DNA of 64,000 nucleotides from Octopus vulgaris (Eukaryota): NCBI GenBank assembly GCA_951406725.2, contig OX597824.1, positions 2,852,001 to 2,916,000 of the forward strand, read 5' to 3'. Shown piece by piece: positions 26,723 to 40,059 of this stretch (position 1 is its first letter; each line of letters starts with the position of its first letter). The notes under the pieces were generated by a model. It saw only the letters and a program-made list of their open reading frames with translations, ran no database searches and was not told where the DNA came from. The position numbers and the translations under genes were made by a program.

Positions 26723-27223
26723 TGTAGTTGTGTGAGTGTCTGTCTCCTACGATTTAGATTCCTAACTCCTCCAACATTTTGCGGTGCAGTTTAACCAAAT
26801 TCGGGTATCTTATAGTCGTGATTAATATCGAGCCCGTCTGGCTATTAGCGCACGTCTACGATGAGTCTACGATTTAAAATATAATTTAACATCATTTTTT
26901 ATTCCATTTTAATGCATAATTTTTCGTGTGTCGATGGCGGCGGAGTTGGTGTCCACGCTCAAACACCTGCACCTGTGTTTGCTTCTCCCCCTTCTTCCCT
27001 CCCTCGTGAAGCTGTGAGGAAGGGAGTTTAAGGAAATCAACGTCGTAATGCGTTGTCAAGGAGACCAGCGTTCTTTTAGAACAACGACTTCATGGCTTGA
27101 AGACACCAAAACAGAAATGGCTAAGAAAGCCCGAATTGGCATCTATAAAGGAAGTAACTTTCTAAAAATGCTTATATAGTTATTTCCCTTACAAACCCGA
27201 GCAACGCCGGGCGATACTGCTAG
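25661..27223. mobile_element. Cluster of three ~500-bp non-autonomous Helitron-like elements: 25661-26172(-), 26175-26680(-), ~26705-27223(+)
   Basis: 5' (TC)TATATATATAAAAC; 3' GC-rich hairpin CCCG-AGCAACGC-CGGG followed by CTAG|T. All three sit in a (TA)n tract and are highly similar to one another. Confidence 0.7.
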
Positions 27224-27597
27224 TATATATATATATATATGAGATTGTTGTCAACAGTCACTCCCAGGTCTCTGATATTATCATATGCTGTGAGCGGTTC
27301 ACCTGTAGGAAGATAATATGGTTGTTTTAGCATAGTAATTCTTCCAAAGTGCATCAGCTCAGATTATCTCTCGTTTAGTTGCATTTTGTTTTTGTCTGCT
27401 CATTGCCTTCCAGCATGTAGATCAGACTGGAATTCAGTTTGGGTTCTCCGTTGATAATTTTATGGAGCTTAGAGTTGTCGGCGAATATTTTCACTTTGCT
27501 GTCCTTTATTACGCTTGAAATGTCGTTTATGTAGACTAGAAACAGAAGCGGGTTCAGGAAACCACTGGTGTTTCTCGAGGCCCAAATAATTATATAC

Positions 27598-27645
<48 letters not shown>

Positions 27646-27944
27646 CACACACACACACACACACTTGTAGTCGGCATTCGTAGTGACAAGACGTTCTTTT
27701 CATAGTTCCGGCCACTCAGTAGCCAAAGAAGCAGATTTCAACTCAAACCAGCAGTAACTTTCCTTGTTTTTAGTCTCAAAACTCTTGAATTTTACTATTC
27801 TACTATTTTACGATCATCGGAGGATAAATTTACACAAATTTATATACAACCTGGAGAAACAAATATAAACCAAAACTAAACCCACGATTAGTTCTAAAAC
27901 TAGTCCCGTGAATACAATTATTTTCTCTTGATTTGTATTAAACA

Positions 27945-28784
27945 CACCACTCTGATGCATTTTGGAAGAAAGTCTATACTAAAACAGCCATACTCTCTTC
28001 CTTCAGGGGAACCACTCACAGCATCTAACAATATCAGACACCTGGGTGTAATTGTAGATAGCAATCTTAGTTGGAGTGCCCGTATCAACAGTAAGGTCGA
28101 TATAGCGCGTAGGGTGAGCTCCTGAATCCTAACAACCTTCCAGTCCAGAGAACAAGGTGTCATCATTCCACTTTTCTCCTCCCTTGTACGGCCACACATC
28201 GAATACTGCTCCCCTTGTGGTCTCCCCATACAAAACAAAACATCTCGAAAATTAAATCACCCCAGAGGGCATTCACTGAACGTATTAAGGGCGCGATTGA
28301 TCTCGATTACTGGAACTGCCTTAAAGCCTTGAAACTCTACTCTCTCCAGCGCCACTACGAGCGGTACTTTATTTTACGATGTGGAGAATATACCGCCAGC
28401 ATTGCCAAACGACCTGAAGGTCGTTTCAAGGTTCATCCAAGGCTGGGACCACGGGCCATACGTCCCCAGCTCAATTCAGGATCACAATTCAGGTACACTC
28501 TGACATAATTTCTTTGCCTCAACAGGCCCTGCCCTGTTTAACATTGTCCCGAAAGAGATCAAAGAGGAAAAGGATCTCATCACTTTTAAACGGAGTCTGG
28601 ACAGATTTCGTCAAGGAAAACCGGATAAGCCACCCATATATGGATACAACTCACTCAACTAGAACTCATTACTTGAATGGACCATAAACAAAACTTGACT
28701 TAAACAGGATTTAGATAATCCTATCAGGTGGTGCTATTAAAAGTAAGAGATGGCCTGGACCAATCTTTGGTCGAAACATACCTA

Positions 28785-28790
<6 letters not shown>
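27945..28790 (+). mobile_element. CR1-like LINE 3' end (thumb region + 3' UTR stem-loop); short 3'-tail copy at 56258-56385(-)
   Basis: LGVIVDSNLSWS...LVRPHIEYCSPLWSPH...LKLYSLQR, then the 3' hairpin GACCA-ATCTT-TGGTC and a TAAGTTTA tail. Confidence 0.8.
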
Positions 28791-28828
<38 letters not shown>

Positions 28829-28833
<5 letters not shown>

Positions 28834-30986
28834 AAACAAGTCAAAAATAGAAAATGCTAAGATAATTTTATAGTGAATCTTTCAGTACCGGTTTCGGTCA
28901 TTTTGAGACCTTTTCAACTGTAACGATTAAATAATTAAATTTAGAAAAATTAGAAGAAAAGTTTTTTTAAAAGAATATTTCTGTAGTAGTGTTCATATAT
29001 AAGTAGCATTCTGCCTTTCTCTGACTCCCTTGTTTGCACTTGTGTGTTCGAGGTCGTTTTGAGTTCTTGGTAGGATAGGTGAAGAATAATGAGGCTGATG
29101 TGGAGAGGGGCTGGGGAAATCTGGGAATGCCTTAATGGTCGTATTTTGAATGGTCAGTGGCTGACAGTAGTCGCAGTTCAATTCAGGAATTGTTTATGGA
29201 ATTTGCGTAGGCGTTATACTGAAAGACATTAGTGACAAGGTTAAGGGGTGGAAGGTGGAGAAGTAGAAGAAGAAGATGACGATGTTGATGATGATGATGA
29301 TGAAGAAGAAGAAGAAGAAGAAGAAGAAGAAGGAGAAGGAGAAGATGGTGGTGATGATGGTGGTGATGATGATGACGACGATGATGATGATAATAATGAT
29401 GATGATGAAGAAGAAGAAGAAGAAGAAGAAGAAGAAGAAGAAGAAGAAGAAGAAGAAGAAGAAGAAGAAGAAGAAGAAGAAGAAAAAAAACAGAGAAGGG
29501 AGAATATGAATGGGTGTAAGTATAGCTGTGATGGGGCTGATTAGTAATGGATTCTATGGAGTGTAATATTTGTGTGTGTATATATTTCTTTTATTCTAAA
29601 GTTGAGGTATATTAATTGTTTGTCGTAGACCCGTTAAGAAGTGGCTTGTATTTTGTAATAAAGAGATTTTCTTTACTTATTCGTTGTCTCGAGGTTGTAT
29701 CGTCCCTAAATTGGTAGAGGGGGAAAATTCTGAAGTTTGGTGTGTTTTTGTTGGCGCAAATATCTATGTGTTGGCTAAAAGCTATTTTTCTGTTTTGGGG
29801 AATTTTTATCTGGGATCTGTGCAGGGCCATTCGTTTACGCAAACCATTTTTTGTTTGGCCTATGTACTGCTCTTGACACCCGGAGCAGGTTAGTAAGTAT
29901 ATTAGTTTCTCCGAAGCACATGTGAAGTTGCTTTTCACTGTAAACCGTTGTCCTTGTTTGAAGGAGAACTCTGATCCCTCAATTAGATAGTCGCATATCC
30001 CGCAATTGGGTCTTCCACATTTTTTTACTGTCGGCTTCTGTGTTGAAGAGTGAATTCGGGCTTGTGCAAGGAGACTTTTCATGGATCTAGGCTGTCTTTT
30101 GCTTTTTATGATCGTGTGTGTTTGGAGGATTGTGTTCATTCTGTGGTCTTTTTTTAGGAGGGGTATGTTGTGGAGGATGGTGTCGAAGGCTTCGTTATTG
30201 AGAGGGTTGTGTGTGGAGATGTATGGTAAGGCTTTTGGTTTTTCTTTGATTTGGGATGTCTCAGTTCCTTGATGTTAAGTTGAAGGGCACGTTGAATGCA
30301 CTTGTCAATAAGTGAAGGTGGATAGTTCCTGGTGATAAGGGTATCTTTTAGTTCTTGTAGTCGTGTGTCTCTGGTGTTTGCGTTAGAGACTATAGTGCAT
30401 ATCCTTTTTGCTAGATTGAAGGGGATATTCATCCTGGTGTGTCTGGGGTGGCATGAATTGAATGGAATCTATTGCTTAGAGTCTGTAGGCTTATAGTATA
30501 TGTCTGTTTCTATTATATTATTAGCTTTCTTAATGAGGATATCGAGGAAGGGGAGTTGTTGTTGGCTATATTCCATCGTGAATTGGATGTTTACGTCCAG
30601 TCCGTTTAAAATTTTCTGGAATTCTATGAGTTTTTCTATATTTTTATGCCAAAGGATGAAACAGTCATCTAGATATCTCTTCCAGTTGTTTTCTATGTAG
30701 ATGGAGAAAGGGCTGCCATATCTTTCTAGAACCTTACGATACAGACTGATCTCTAGGTATCCTATGACTAGGTTGGCAAAGGAGGGGGCCATTCGTGTAC
30801 CCATCGCAGTCCCCGATTTTTGTCGGTAGAAGTTGTCATTGAAGGCGAAGAAGTTATTTTCCAGGATGAATTTAACCCCTTCTATCACAAATTCTTTTTT
30901 GATGCGGTGTGGTAGTTCGTTGGCGTGATTCTCTAGCCAGATTATAAAATTATCTTAGCATTTTCTATTTTTGACTTGTTTTTTCA
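28829..30986 (-). mobile_element. Penelope-like retroelement, 5'-truncated, RT + GIY-YIG endonuclease, with inverted terminal repeat
   Basis: RT motifs GTAMGT and RYLDDCF (30469-30888); GIY-YIG region LIYLLTC..YIGQT..R..H..E..N (29612-30139). The frame is broken into three pieces. A ~44-bp inverted repeat lies at 28829-28872 / 30943-30986, and the element sits next to (TA)n. Confidence 0.9.
29263..29483. repeat. (GAA)n/(GAT)n triplet repeat inside the Penelope-like element 3' region
   Basis: Directly visible. Confidence 0.9.
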
Positions 30987-31019
30987 TATATATCAACTCG
31001 TGTGTTCCTTTCCACCCTT

Positions 31020-31085
<66 letters not shown>

Positions 31086-31748
31086 TGGACAAGAAGGGAA
31101 AATATCCAGACAGTTAGGTGATACAGAAAAAGGACAACAAAACATCCAGACAGAAGATATAAGGAAAACAAGGACGGAGTTTTCTTTCCTCAGTCGAATT
31201 CCAGATTATCTTTCCAATTTCAGCTGCTTACACTTGAGATCGCTTGAATCTGGCCAGCCCCAAGGAAACATTAAGCCAAGAGCATTAGATACCTTGGGAG
31301 AAAGCAGCGAATGTATCCGAAAACAAGGACGGAAAAAAGAGAGAAATGTTACACAAGTACAAATGCAAATAACAGGATATGACAATAGGTGTCTTTTGAC
31401 TAAGGTCGAATTAAATTAAGCTGGCGATTGTAGAAGTAGAGCCTTACGGTAGGGACATAAGATTGGTGCTAAATTGACAGTTGCATACACGAGTGCACAC
31501 ATATCCATAAAGAGATACATTTAACAAAAGTATCTATCATACTTACACTGATATGTGTCCTCAACCAATGCGGAGACGATATATTAGCTTCCTTCCATTC
31601 GTCTGGACCAAGAATGACCATTATATAACGTTCTTCTTTCAGATTTGCATTTGCCTAATAAAACACAAAAGTTTATTTTTACATTAGGAAGAATTTATTC
31701 TATTAAATTATACATACACACAAGTGAACATATTAGAAATATTGGCAT

Positions 31749-31814
<66 letters not shown>

Positions 31815-32540
31815 TTAATCCAAACAAGAAAGCACAAAAAAAACACAACAACGCGAGGACGTGGAACAAATATAGTATTATTGGACGCTCAGGAAAGAAG
31901 GAAAGAAGGAGGGTTTAACGTTTCGAGCGGAGCTCTTCCTCGGAAACATATGAGAAGGAAAGATCCAGAGAAGGAAAGACAGAGGAAAAAAATCGCCAAC
32001 GGCACACACGAGGTCACATTTTGAAAGACCGGAAGGATAGATATGTCTTACAGCTGTTTCTAGAATATTAATTAAAATTAATATCCCTTCATTATTATTA
32101 ATTAATAATAATATCCCTTCATTATTATTAATTAATATCCTAGAAACAGCTGTAAGACCTTCTATCTATAAATGCTCTAATATCTATACAACCTTGGTTT
32201 TTTATCTCATTATGCAAAAATTCATATATACACATTCTGACATAGAACCAACGTTGAACCATTTATTCTTCGATGGGAAGGCACGCTGGCAAAACACTAC
32301 TCTTCTAAAGGGAAACCTAATCTGTCATAGTGGGTTTGTGGCTCGAAGAAAAACGGGCCTAGCCCTCCACACAGGAAAGCACACAGTAAATAATCCACAA
32401 GCACTCAAGCAAACTGAGTCCTCAACTTGATCCCTTTGCCAAAAGATTTGCTGGGGAACCAGCAGGCCTCAAGAGACACGTTCGTGATTATAAAACCTTT
32501 TATGTTACTGAACTCTCATTTGTCGTTCACAAGAGAATTC

Positions 32541-32599
<59 letters not shown>

Positions 32600-33684
32600 T
32601 TTTGTGTCTGAGGTGTCTTTTAGTGCCTTATAATTTAACACATTCACCAGTAAAATTTCTACTCATTTACTTATTTATTTTTCTAAATAAGTAAATGAGT
32701 GGTATTTTTCCGCTGTGTTAAATTATAAGGCACTAAAAGAGAATGACTCTCTCCAGACACAACAGAATATGCTTCAGCACACGAACTCACACTAAGAATC
32801 TGGCAAACCAAATATATATATATATAGGGAGAATTCACCAAACAAAAAGACGAAGACAGGTGGTGTAGAAAACAAACAGATGTATTGGTTTAACGGTCCG
32901 GAAGTGAAAAAGTCTAACGTTTCGAGCCTACGCTCTTACACAGAAAGGAACAAAGAAAGAAAGAAGAAGAGAACGTAAAGAATGTGTAGTGGCTAGCAAT
33001 CTATCATGGCGAATGCCGGACAGATGGGTCACACAGGAGAGCTAGGAAGATGGGGAGATAATAAAGTAGTGGTGATCCCAAAACGAATCTGCGCGTGCGT
33101 GTATATAAGAGAGCATGTATGTGCGTGAGGAAAAGGGCTGTTGACCTTGGCGTGTGCGCGTGTGTGTGTAGGTGTGTGGATGTGGGGCTGGGAAGTGGTC
33201 AGTGCTAGCGAGTGCGTAGTGATGTGATGTGGTGTGGTGCTGTGTGGTGTGATGGTGTGGGGATGTGCGGGAGGCGAGAGTGGGGAAAGCAAGTGTAGGC
33301 TCGTGGGTTAGGCTGAGGCTGAGGGTGGAGGTAGAGGTGGGGGGGTTATATGCGTAAATATGGAATGCTTAAATGAGTGCTCTACACCGCATTGGAGGAT
33401 AGATCTCTTTATTTGTGTAATAAGGCTACCATTAGTTTCATGTTAACAAAAAGAAAAAATACTGATATCTTTTTTTTAGCCGATCATATGGAGGAATGGT
33501 GTTCGTCTCCCTTTTAGATGAGAAAAAAACATAAATCTCGTTGAATTCACGGAGATTATCGTAAAGAAAACAAGAAAAAAATTAGGTGTAATAACTTTCG
33601 AATAGCTATCTCCTTTGGATTTGAATTTTAAGCAAGCAGTCATGTTGATTGGTAAATCTGTTTGCATTATCTTATATTATATTA

Positions 33685-33890
33685 AGTCGGCGAGTTTGTA
33701 GAATCGTATGTACGCTGGATGAAATACATAGCGGTATTTCGCCCGTCGCTACGTTCTGATATCAAATTCCTCCGAGGTTGACTTTGCTTTTCATCCTCTC
33801 GTGGTTGATAAATTAAGTACCAGTGAAACCCTGGTGTCGATGTAATCGACTAGTCTCCTTCCCACAAATTTGAAGCCCTGTGCCTCCTGT
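33685..33890 (+). mobile_element. SINE of a second family (other fragments near 1505-1560, 25260-25420, 4000-4155(-), 55190-55360)
   Basis: Recurring GGCGAG(C/T)TGGCAGAATCGTTAGC...GTTCTGAGTTCAAATTCC...GAGGTCGACTTTGCCTTTCATCC motif with a Pol III B-box-like core. Confidence 0.6.
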
Positions 33891-34268
33891 AGAAAGGAAT
33901 ATATTATATTCTGGGTGTATGTGATGTTCATATGCTTGTGTACTGAGGTAGTTCGTCATGGGGGAATATTTATTCTGTGCGTACAATTTGTATGCTATGT
34001 ATGTTCACATATCACGTACAGGAAAGGGGCAATCCTGCGGGTATTACGGGCGCACTTGGTGTTGAATGTGAAATATTGTTTCAGAGCGAGATTTCATCCC
34101 TAATATTTAGGATGTTATCTGTAGAGTGAATGGCATTTAGTTTTTTTGATGACAGAGAATTCACATTTGGTTCCTCTGTATTTTCTGGTTTTAGCAATGA
34201 TGTTCCATTTTATGTGGGGTTTACTTATTCTACCGTCTTTCAATGTCCATATCATACTGGATAGAGAT

Positions 34269-34359
<91 letters not shown>

Positions 34360-34386
34360 GTATCTATCTCGCTCTCCTTCTCTCTT

Positions 34387-34436
<50 letters not shown>

Positions 34437-34619
34437 CAGATGAATATGGTACTTAAGTTGAAGGCGCCAGACTTTAGTATGCTATTATCCATACAATTTA
34501 AAATAAGGTGATTATAATCAAAATAAGCAACAAGGATATACAAAAGTAATGCATGTGACTCCATTTAATTGAACAATGCAAACATTACATCAATTTGAGA
34601 TGTTGAGCAATTTTCAGCT

Positions 34620-35900
34620 GAAGTTTGCTCTACATTTTAAATTCATTTTTTTCCAGATGTTCGTACATCGATTCTACGAGTATTCCAGTCAATAATTTCT
34701 ACGTAAGTGGCAAACAGGATATTGGCCTGTATATGTCTACTGTATTGCCTTTTACGATGTTTTTCAAGCACAACACTGTCCTACCCAATGTCAACCCCTC
34801 TGGTGGTACTTGGTCGGCATTTAACAAAGTGTTGTGTTGTGCAGCTATTCGTGCATGACATTCACCAAATCTTTTGATCTAGTAGCCTTGAACTCCATCT
34901 GGTCCCGGGGCCTTCAAGTTGCTCTTTTTTTGCTGATTTACTTCACTTCCTTTACTGAAATGACTAGTTCTGCCTGTTTTGGACAGACTACTGTTTGTTT
35001 CAGTTCTTGCAACCATTCAGCATCCTTCATGTGCTCCTTGTCTTTGCTCCAGATGTCACTCCGAAACCTTTGACTTTCAATGTTATCTGGTATCAACTTT
35101 TCATCTGTACACTCACCATTTATATCTTTATAGAATCTCTTCTGATCTACTCTGAATAGCCTATTCTGGTGGTAACCCTTCATTCTTTGGTCGAATCTTA
35201 CCATCTTTGCTTTCTTTGCAACGAGGCGCTGTTTCAGTTCCTCAACAACTAATTTCAGGCCCTTTCTTTCAATATTATACTTCCTTTTCAGCGTCCTGTA
35301 TTTTTGTTCGCTTTTAAGCTCCCCTTTTCTCTTTTCGGTCCAACACAGAGATTTCTTTCCAGAGCATGTCTGACTGTATTCTTGTTTTCCACCATGGATC
35401 TTTTCTTTTGTCACTCCCATTATATTTCTTTTTCTTGGCATCAACACTCACATTTTGTGCTACAACAATACTTGCTGCCTTGATCAAATTATTTGTTTCT
35501 GTGAAGTTGTTTGTACTGCTGTATTTCAGAATTTCATTGACATTTATGGTTTCTTGGTTCAATTTCCATCGATCAACCTTTTTAAGGTTGCAAATAATTT
35601 CGCTATCGTTCTCCTGTAGTCTTACCTGTATTCTTTGGTAGATTGTCTTTTGTTCATCTGTCATGTCTCCATTAGTTTTTTGTCTTCTTTCATCTATATG
35701 TCTCTCATCAAGTAAGCTACCACTGCTCCTTTCCTGTGCTATGAGATTACTCTTATTAGTAAGAAATGTATTTTCATCGTTATCTCTGCTACGTTTTTCC
35801 GAGACTCGCTTTTGATAACTTCGATCTCTACTTCGGTGAACCAGCGAGTTTCTTTTTATTGCTCTAGCTTGATCACATAGTCTCTGTTCCGTGAGCTATA
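34620..35900 (-). mobile_element. R4/Dong-clade non-LTR retrotransposon fragment (related N-terminal fragment ~5960-6400)
   Basis: EELKQRLVAKKAKMVRF...QNRLFRVDQKRFY...SDIWS..H..AEWL, followed by a KAPGPDGVQG pre-RT motif; frameshifted. Confidence 0.7.
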
Positions 35901-37153
35901 AATCCCTTATCCCTCCAATGATCATACATGCGTTGTCGGTAACCCCTAATTTGAGCACCATTTTAATCTACAGGGTTACTCAGGTAGTAACACTCCATGA
36001 CCACAGCATTAATTTTCTTGCTCCATCTACGTCGTGTGTGGTGGTCTCGTTATGGATATCGACAGGTTGGAGCCGGTCAAGAGTCTGAGACAGCCGGATA
36101 CAACGCTATCACCATCAATGGCTTCAGTTTCATTACCACCGTTATTCACAATATTTTGTTTTTCCATTGTCACTCATATGAGGTAACGATTATCAGGTTG
36201 CACAATTACCAGTGTTTTTATTGACACCATCACTAGATGTATTATTAAGCAGGACATGGGGAGACTCCACCCGCTACCTTCTATTATTATCATTATTATC
36301 ATCACTGATATTATTTTTGTTTTTATTTTTTTACTATTTTCTCTTGTTATATTAACAGACTCAGAGGTTACACAGGCCTATGCCGGACAGGGGTGGCACC
36401 AATCTCCAGCGCTGTTCTCGTGGACAGACCACAGAAAATTGCAGTATTTGATCGGGCCTTCCTCAGCGATGTTAGTTGTAATTTAAAAGAGGTGTAACTA
36501 CTCTTTCTGCCATGCAGAACGACTTTCTAGAGAACCATTTGCTCACTTCTAATCTTCTTCAGTGGGCAGTCTCTTCTTCAATCTTCTATCGCCGTTGTGA
36601 ATTACTGCCTATACTGTTGTATCTATGTGTAGTAGCAGCAGTGGTGGCAGCAGCAGCAACAGTAATAGGGGTGGGAATAGTGGTAGTAGCGGTAGTTGGG
36701 CCTCAGATTCATGTACTATCAGAATAGTAGTAGTTGTAGTATTAGCAGCTGAAGCATATTTTTATATTTTTATCATTATCACCATCACCATCACTATCAC
36801 TACTATTGTTATTATCATTATTACTATTTCCATTGATTATTAAAAGGTTTTATTAAATGTTCTTTATTATTTTCAACTTTTGTCTTGTACTTGAGATAAT
36901 CATAAATATGTGGTTGTTGAAGGAAATAGTTGGGGGAAGAGCAGCAGCTTGGTGAATAGATCGATTTCTACAGGTTTAGACATCGATTCGGTAGATGGCG
37001 AGGAGGTCAGCAATAGAAGACAAAAGAATCTTTGCACCCTCTGAGTCAGCAGAGGTCAAATACGTTTACTACTACCAGCGACCACTGAGAGCGCTGACCT
37101 TGGCCTTGAAAAGAAGTAATTCATCCTGTTCTATTTGTAATTACTGATAGAAA

Positions 37154-37187
<34 letters not shown>

Positions 37188-37256
37188 ACAACAATAATAA
37201 TAATAATAAAAATTTAAAAAATAAATAATGATAATAATAATAATAATAATAATAAT

Positions 37257-37810
37257 GCCCTGATGCAGTACCAGGCAATGGCTCTCATGGCTTCTGATCT
37301 TAACTGATTGGAAGTGTTATCATGTACATTGTTTTGTCTTGGTATAAAAGATGGGCTACAGCAAATATTCTGCTCAATACCATAGATTTGCTTGTCAGTT
37401 GTTTGACCTTAACCAGTTGAGCATGTCCCTTAGTGGCTGACGATATGTGCATCTCTGATCACGAGCAGAAGTAGTGGGGGAGCATCATAGCCATGTGTTG
37501 AGAGGGATTCTTTGGGGTTTGAATAATTCACCTCTGGAAACATGGGTGGTTCTTTCAACATCCGTAAACAACCCTTATTCAGGGACCGCTTGAGCGGGAT
37601 GGGCTACTCAACCTGAAGAAAATTCTAACTGGGCCCCACCTGCAAGGTCATGTGCTGTTTATCTTGATATGAGATCACCATGTCGCGCACATATGGTTGT
37701 GATGCATGTGCCTGGTGTGCCCTTATCAGACGGGTAGTCATGATGGGTATATTGGGCTTCGTATATTTTACCCCAGTGTCACTTTGATGGCATGAACTGC
37801 TCTCTCACTC
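37257..37810. mobile_element. Unclassified interspersed repeat inserted within a (TAA)n tract
   Basis: ~550-bp complex sequence flanked on both sides by long (TAA)n; no ORF. Classification is not possible from the sequence alone. Confidence 0.4.
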
Positions 37811-37994
<184 letters not shown>

Positions 37995-40059
37995 ATACAT
38001 ACTGATATTCACATCGTTGAATTTTTCAATTTCTGTATTCACTTGAGCTATTGCAATAAAAGGTATGAATAAGTGCTAGAAACATCAAGCACTTATTTAT
38101 TCTGTAGTCCTGTTTTCTTGTTGACATTTTGCACTTGTCATTTTTGTAGATTCCTCCTCTTTTTACCCGAAATAAATCTACTATCTTTGGCAATCGTATT
38201 TACACTGTCAACAACATTTTAAGCGCTTGTCACCAATGGCAGAAATTTTTACACTTTGACAGAATTTTTAGAACATCGGTAAAAAAATGTTTCGTGCAAT
38301 TTTTTCGGCTCTTCAGATTTTGAATAGAAACCCCGCCAGGGTTAACTTAGCCTTTCATTTACTTGGGTGTCGAAATGAATGAAAGCAGCTGTCAAGTAGT
38401 GGAATTTGTGTCACCTACTTATCACCTCATCTTAAAACTGCTGGCGTTGTACTTAATTTAGAAACCATTCGGGCGCCGAACTAGCAGAATTGTTAAAGCA
38501 TCGGGAAACATGCTTTCCAACTATTTACATTCAAATCCCCCACACAAGGTCAACTTTGCGTTTCAGCCTTTCCAGATCGATAAGATAAAGAAGCAATCAA
38601 GCAAGGGGACAATGGTATCAACTCATCTTCTTTTCACAAATTGATGGCCAAAATCAGACAAAATGTTAGTATTATTCATAGATAACCTACCGGAACTTTC
38701 ACTGTTGGCGGTTTCTTTACATCAGCTACACTAAGGTCGACATTACATTTTTTGTATATATTCTTAGGAAGAAGAATCAGCTGGTCCTTGCTGGAGCACA
38801 GGTAATTCGCATAGTATGCCAAACTGTGAAAGACCATGCAAGAAAGCAGTAGGATCTTCACTCGGAAAACATGCCAGAAGAACATTATTTCTGTCAATGG
38901 ATTATTTGTAGCTTAGATGCAAATATTTCCGTATTTATTTTAATAAATATACTTTGATTTATCTTCAAAATTGTCAACACTAGACTTCTGTTTGACGTGA
39001 TCTTTCTCTCCTTGTTTCTAACACATCCGTGCCTTATAGGTATGCTTGTATAAGTGAGTAAGTGTCTAAGTGTGCGCGCGATTGTATTTGTGTTTGATTA
39101 TGATGCATCAATGTTTTAAATTTGCTAACGTGAAAGTGTGTGCACGTGTACCTTTATATATATAAGTGCTTACATACATATATACATAAATACATATAGA
39201 CAAATACGCATATATAATATACGCACACGCAGACACACATACATACACATATCTCTCACTCTCTCTCTCGCACCTCTCTCTCTCTATAGATATATATCTA
39301 TCATGCGTATACATGCATGCAAACATACACACAGAGTCACAAGCATTTCGTCCCTCAGCATTTACGCTTCGCCCGAGTGCGTGATCGAGGACCGAACTAG
39401 TTTTCCCCTACCGAAGATAGTCACCTTCAGCTAGTTCTAGGTTCTGGGACTGTCTCCTTCATGGCTTTCTTTAGTTATCTGTGTTTCAGACCTATCTTCT
39501 GCAGATCATAGTGCACTGCTTTAGCTGAAAATCTGCGGTTGCCGACTTCAATGGAAATGAGGCCGCATGTCATCCCTTGACAAAGGCCTTGTTGACGAAG
39601 TTTTCTTTACGTGGTGAGAAATATAGAGTCTGTCCTCCCTTCGGTGGTGGTGTTTATTAGCCTTCATTCTTTGAAGATCAGTCGACTTGACAATTTCTGC
39701 AAGGGCCTCGTCATATCATCACTTAAATTGACCTTCTCTCAGTGCCTTGGGGTATCCTGGCAAAATGTTGTTCAGTGTACAAAGATTTATTTACCCTTTA
39801 TTTTAAGGTTATTTGCTGTTGGCAAAAAGTCAGCTACAGCACGAAGGAGGAAGGAGAATGTTCTCTGGCCAGTGATCCAGAGTTCCTTCCAGGACAGAAC
39901 GTGTCTGTTTCCACTGCCCTACTGCCTTCAACCGGCGATTCTCAGCTGTCGAATCACGAATCCTTTGCACTATGAGCTATCAATTGTTCCTGGTATTGGT
40001 GTATTTATATGTGGGAAGAGTTGCGTGTGTACGTATATGTAAGTATGTATAATTCTATT

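Noticed and set aside
27241-28100. Opposed CR1 fragments as a single 5'-inverted (twin-primed) insertion
   Set aside because: The two fragments overlap in element coordinates and are diverged, and the minus-strand piece is shared with copy B while the plus-strand piece is not; they are independent insertions.
29248-29544. Acidic poly-E/D 98-aa ORF
   Set aside because: (GAA)/(GAT) triplet repeat inside a Penelope-like element, with a non-ATG start.
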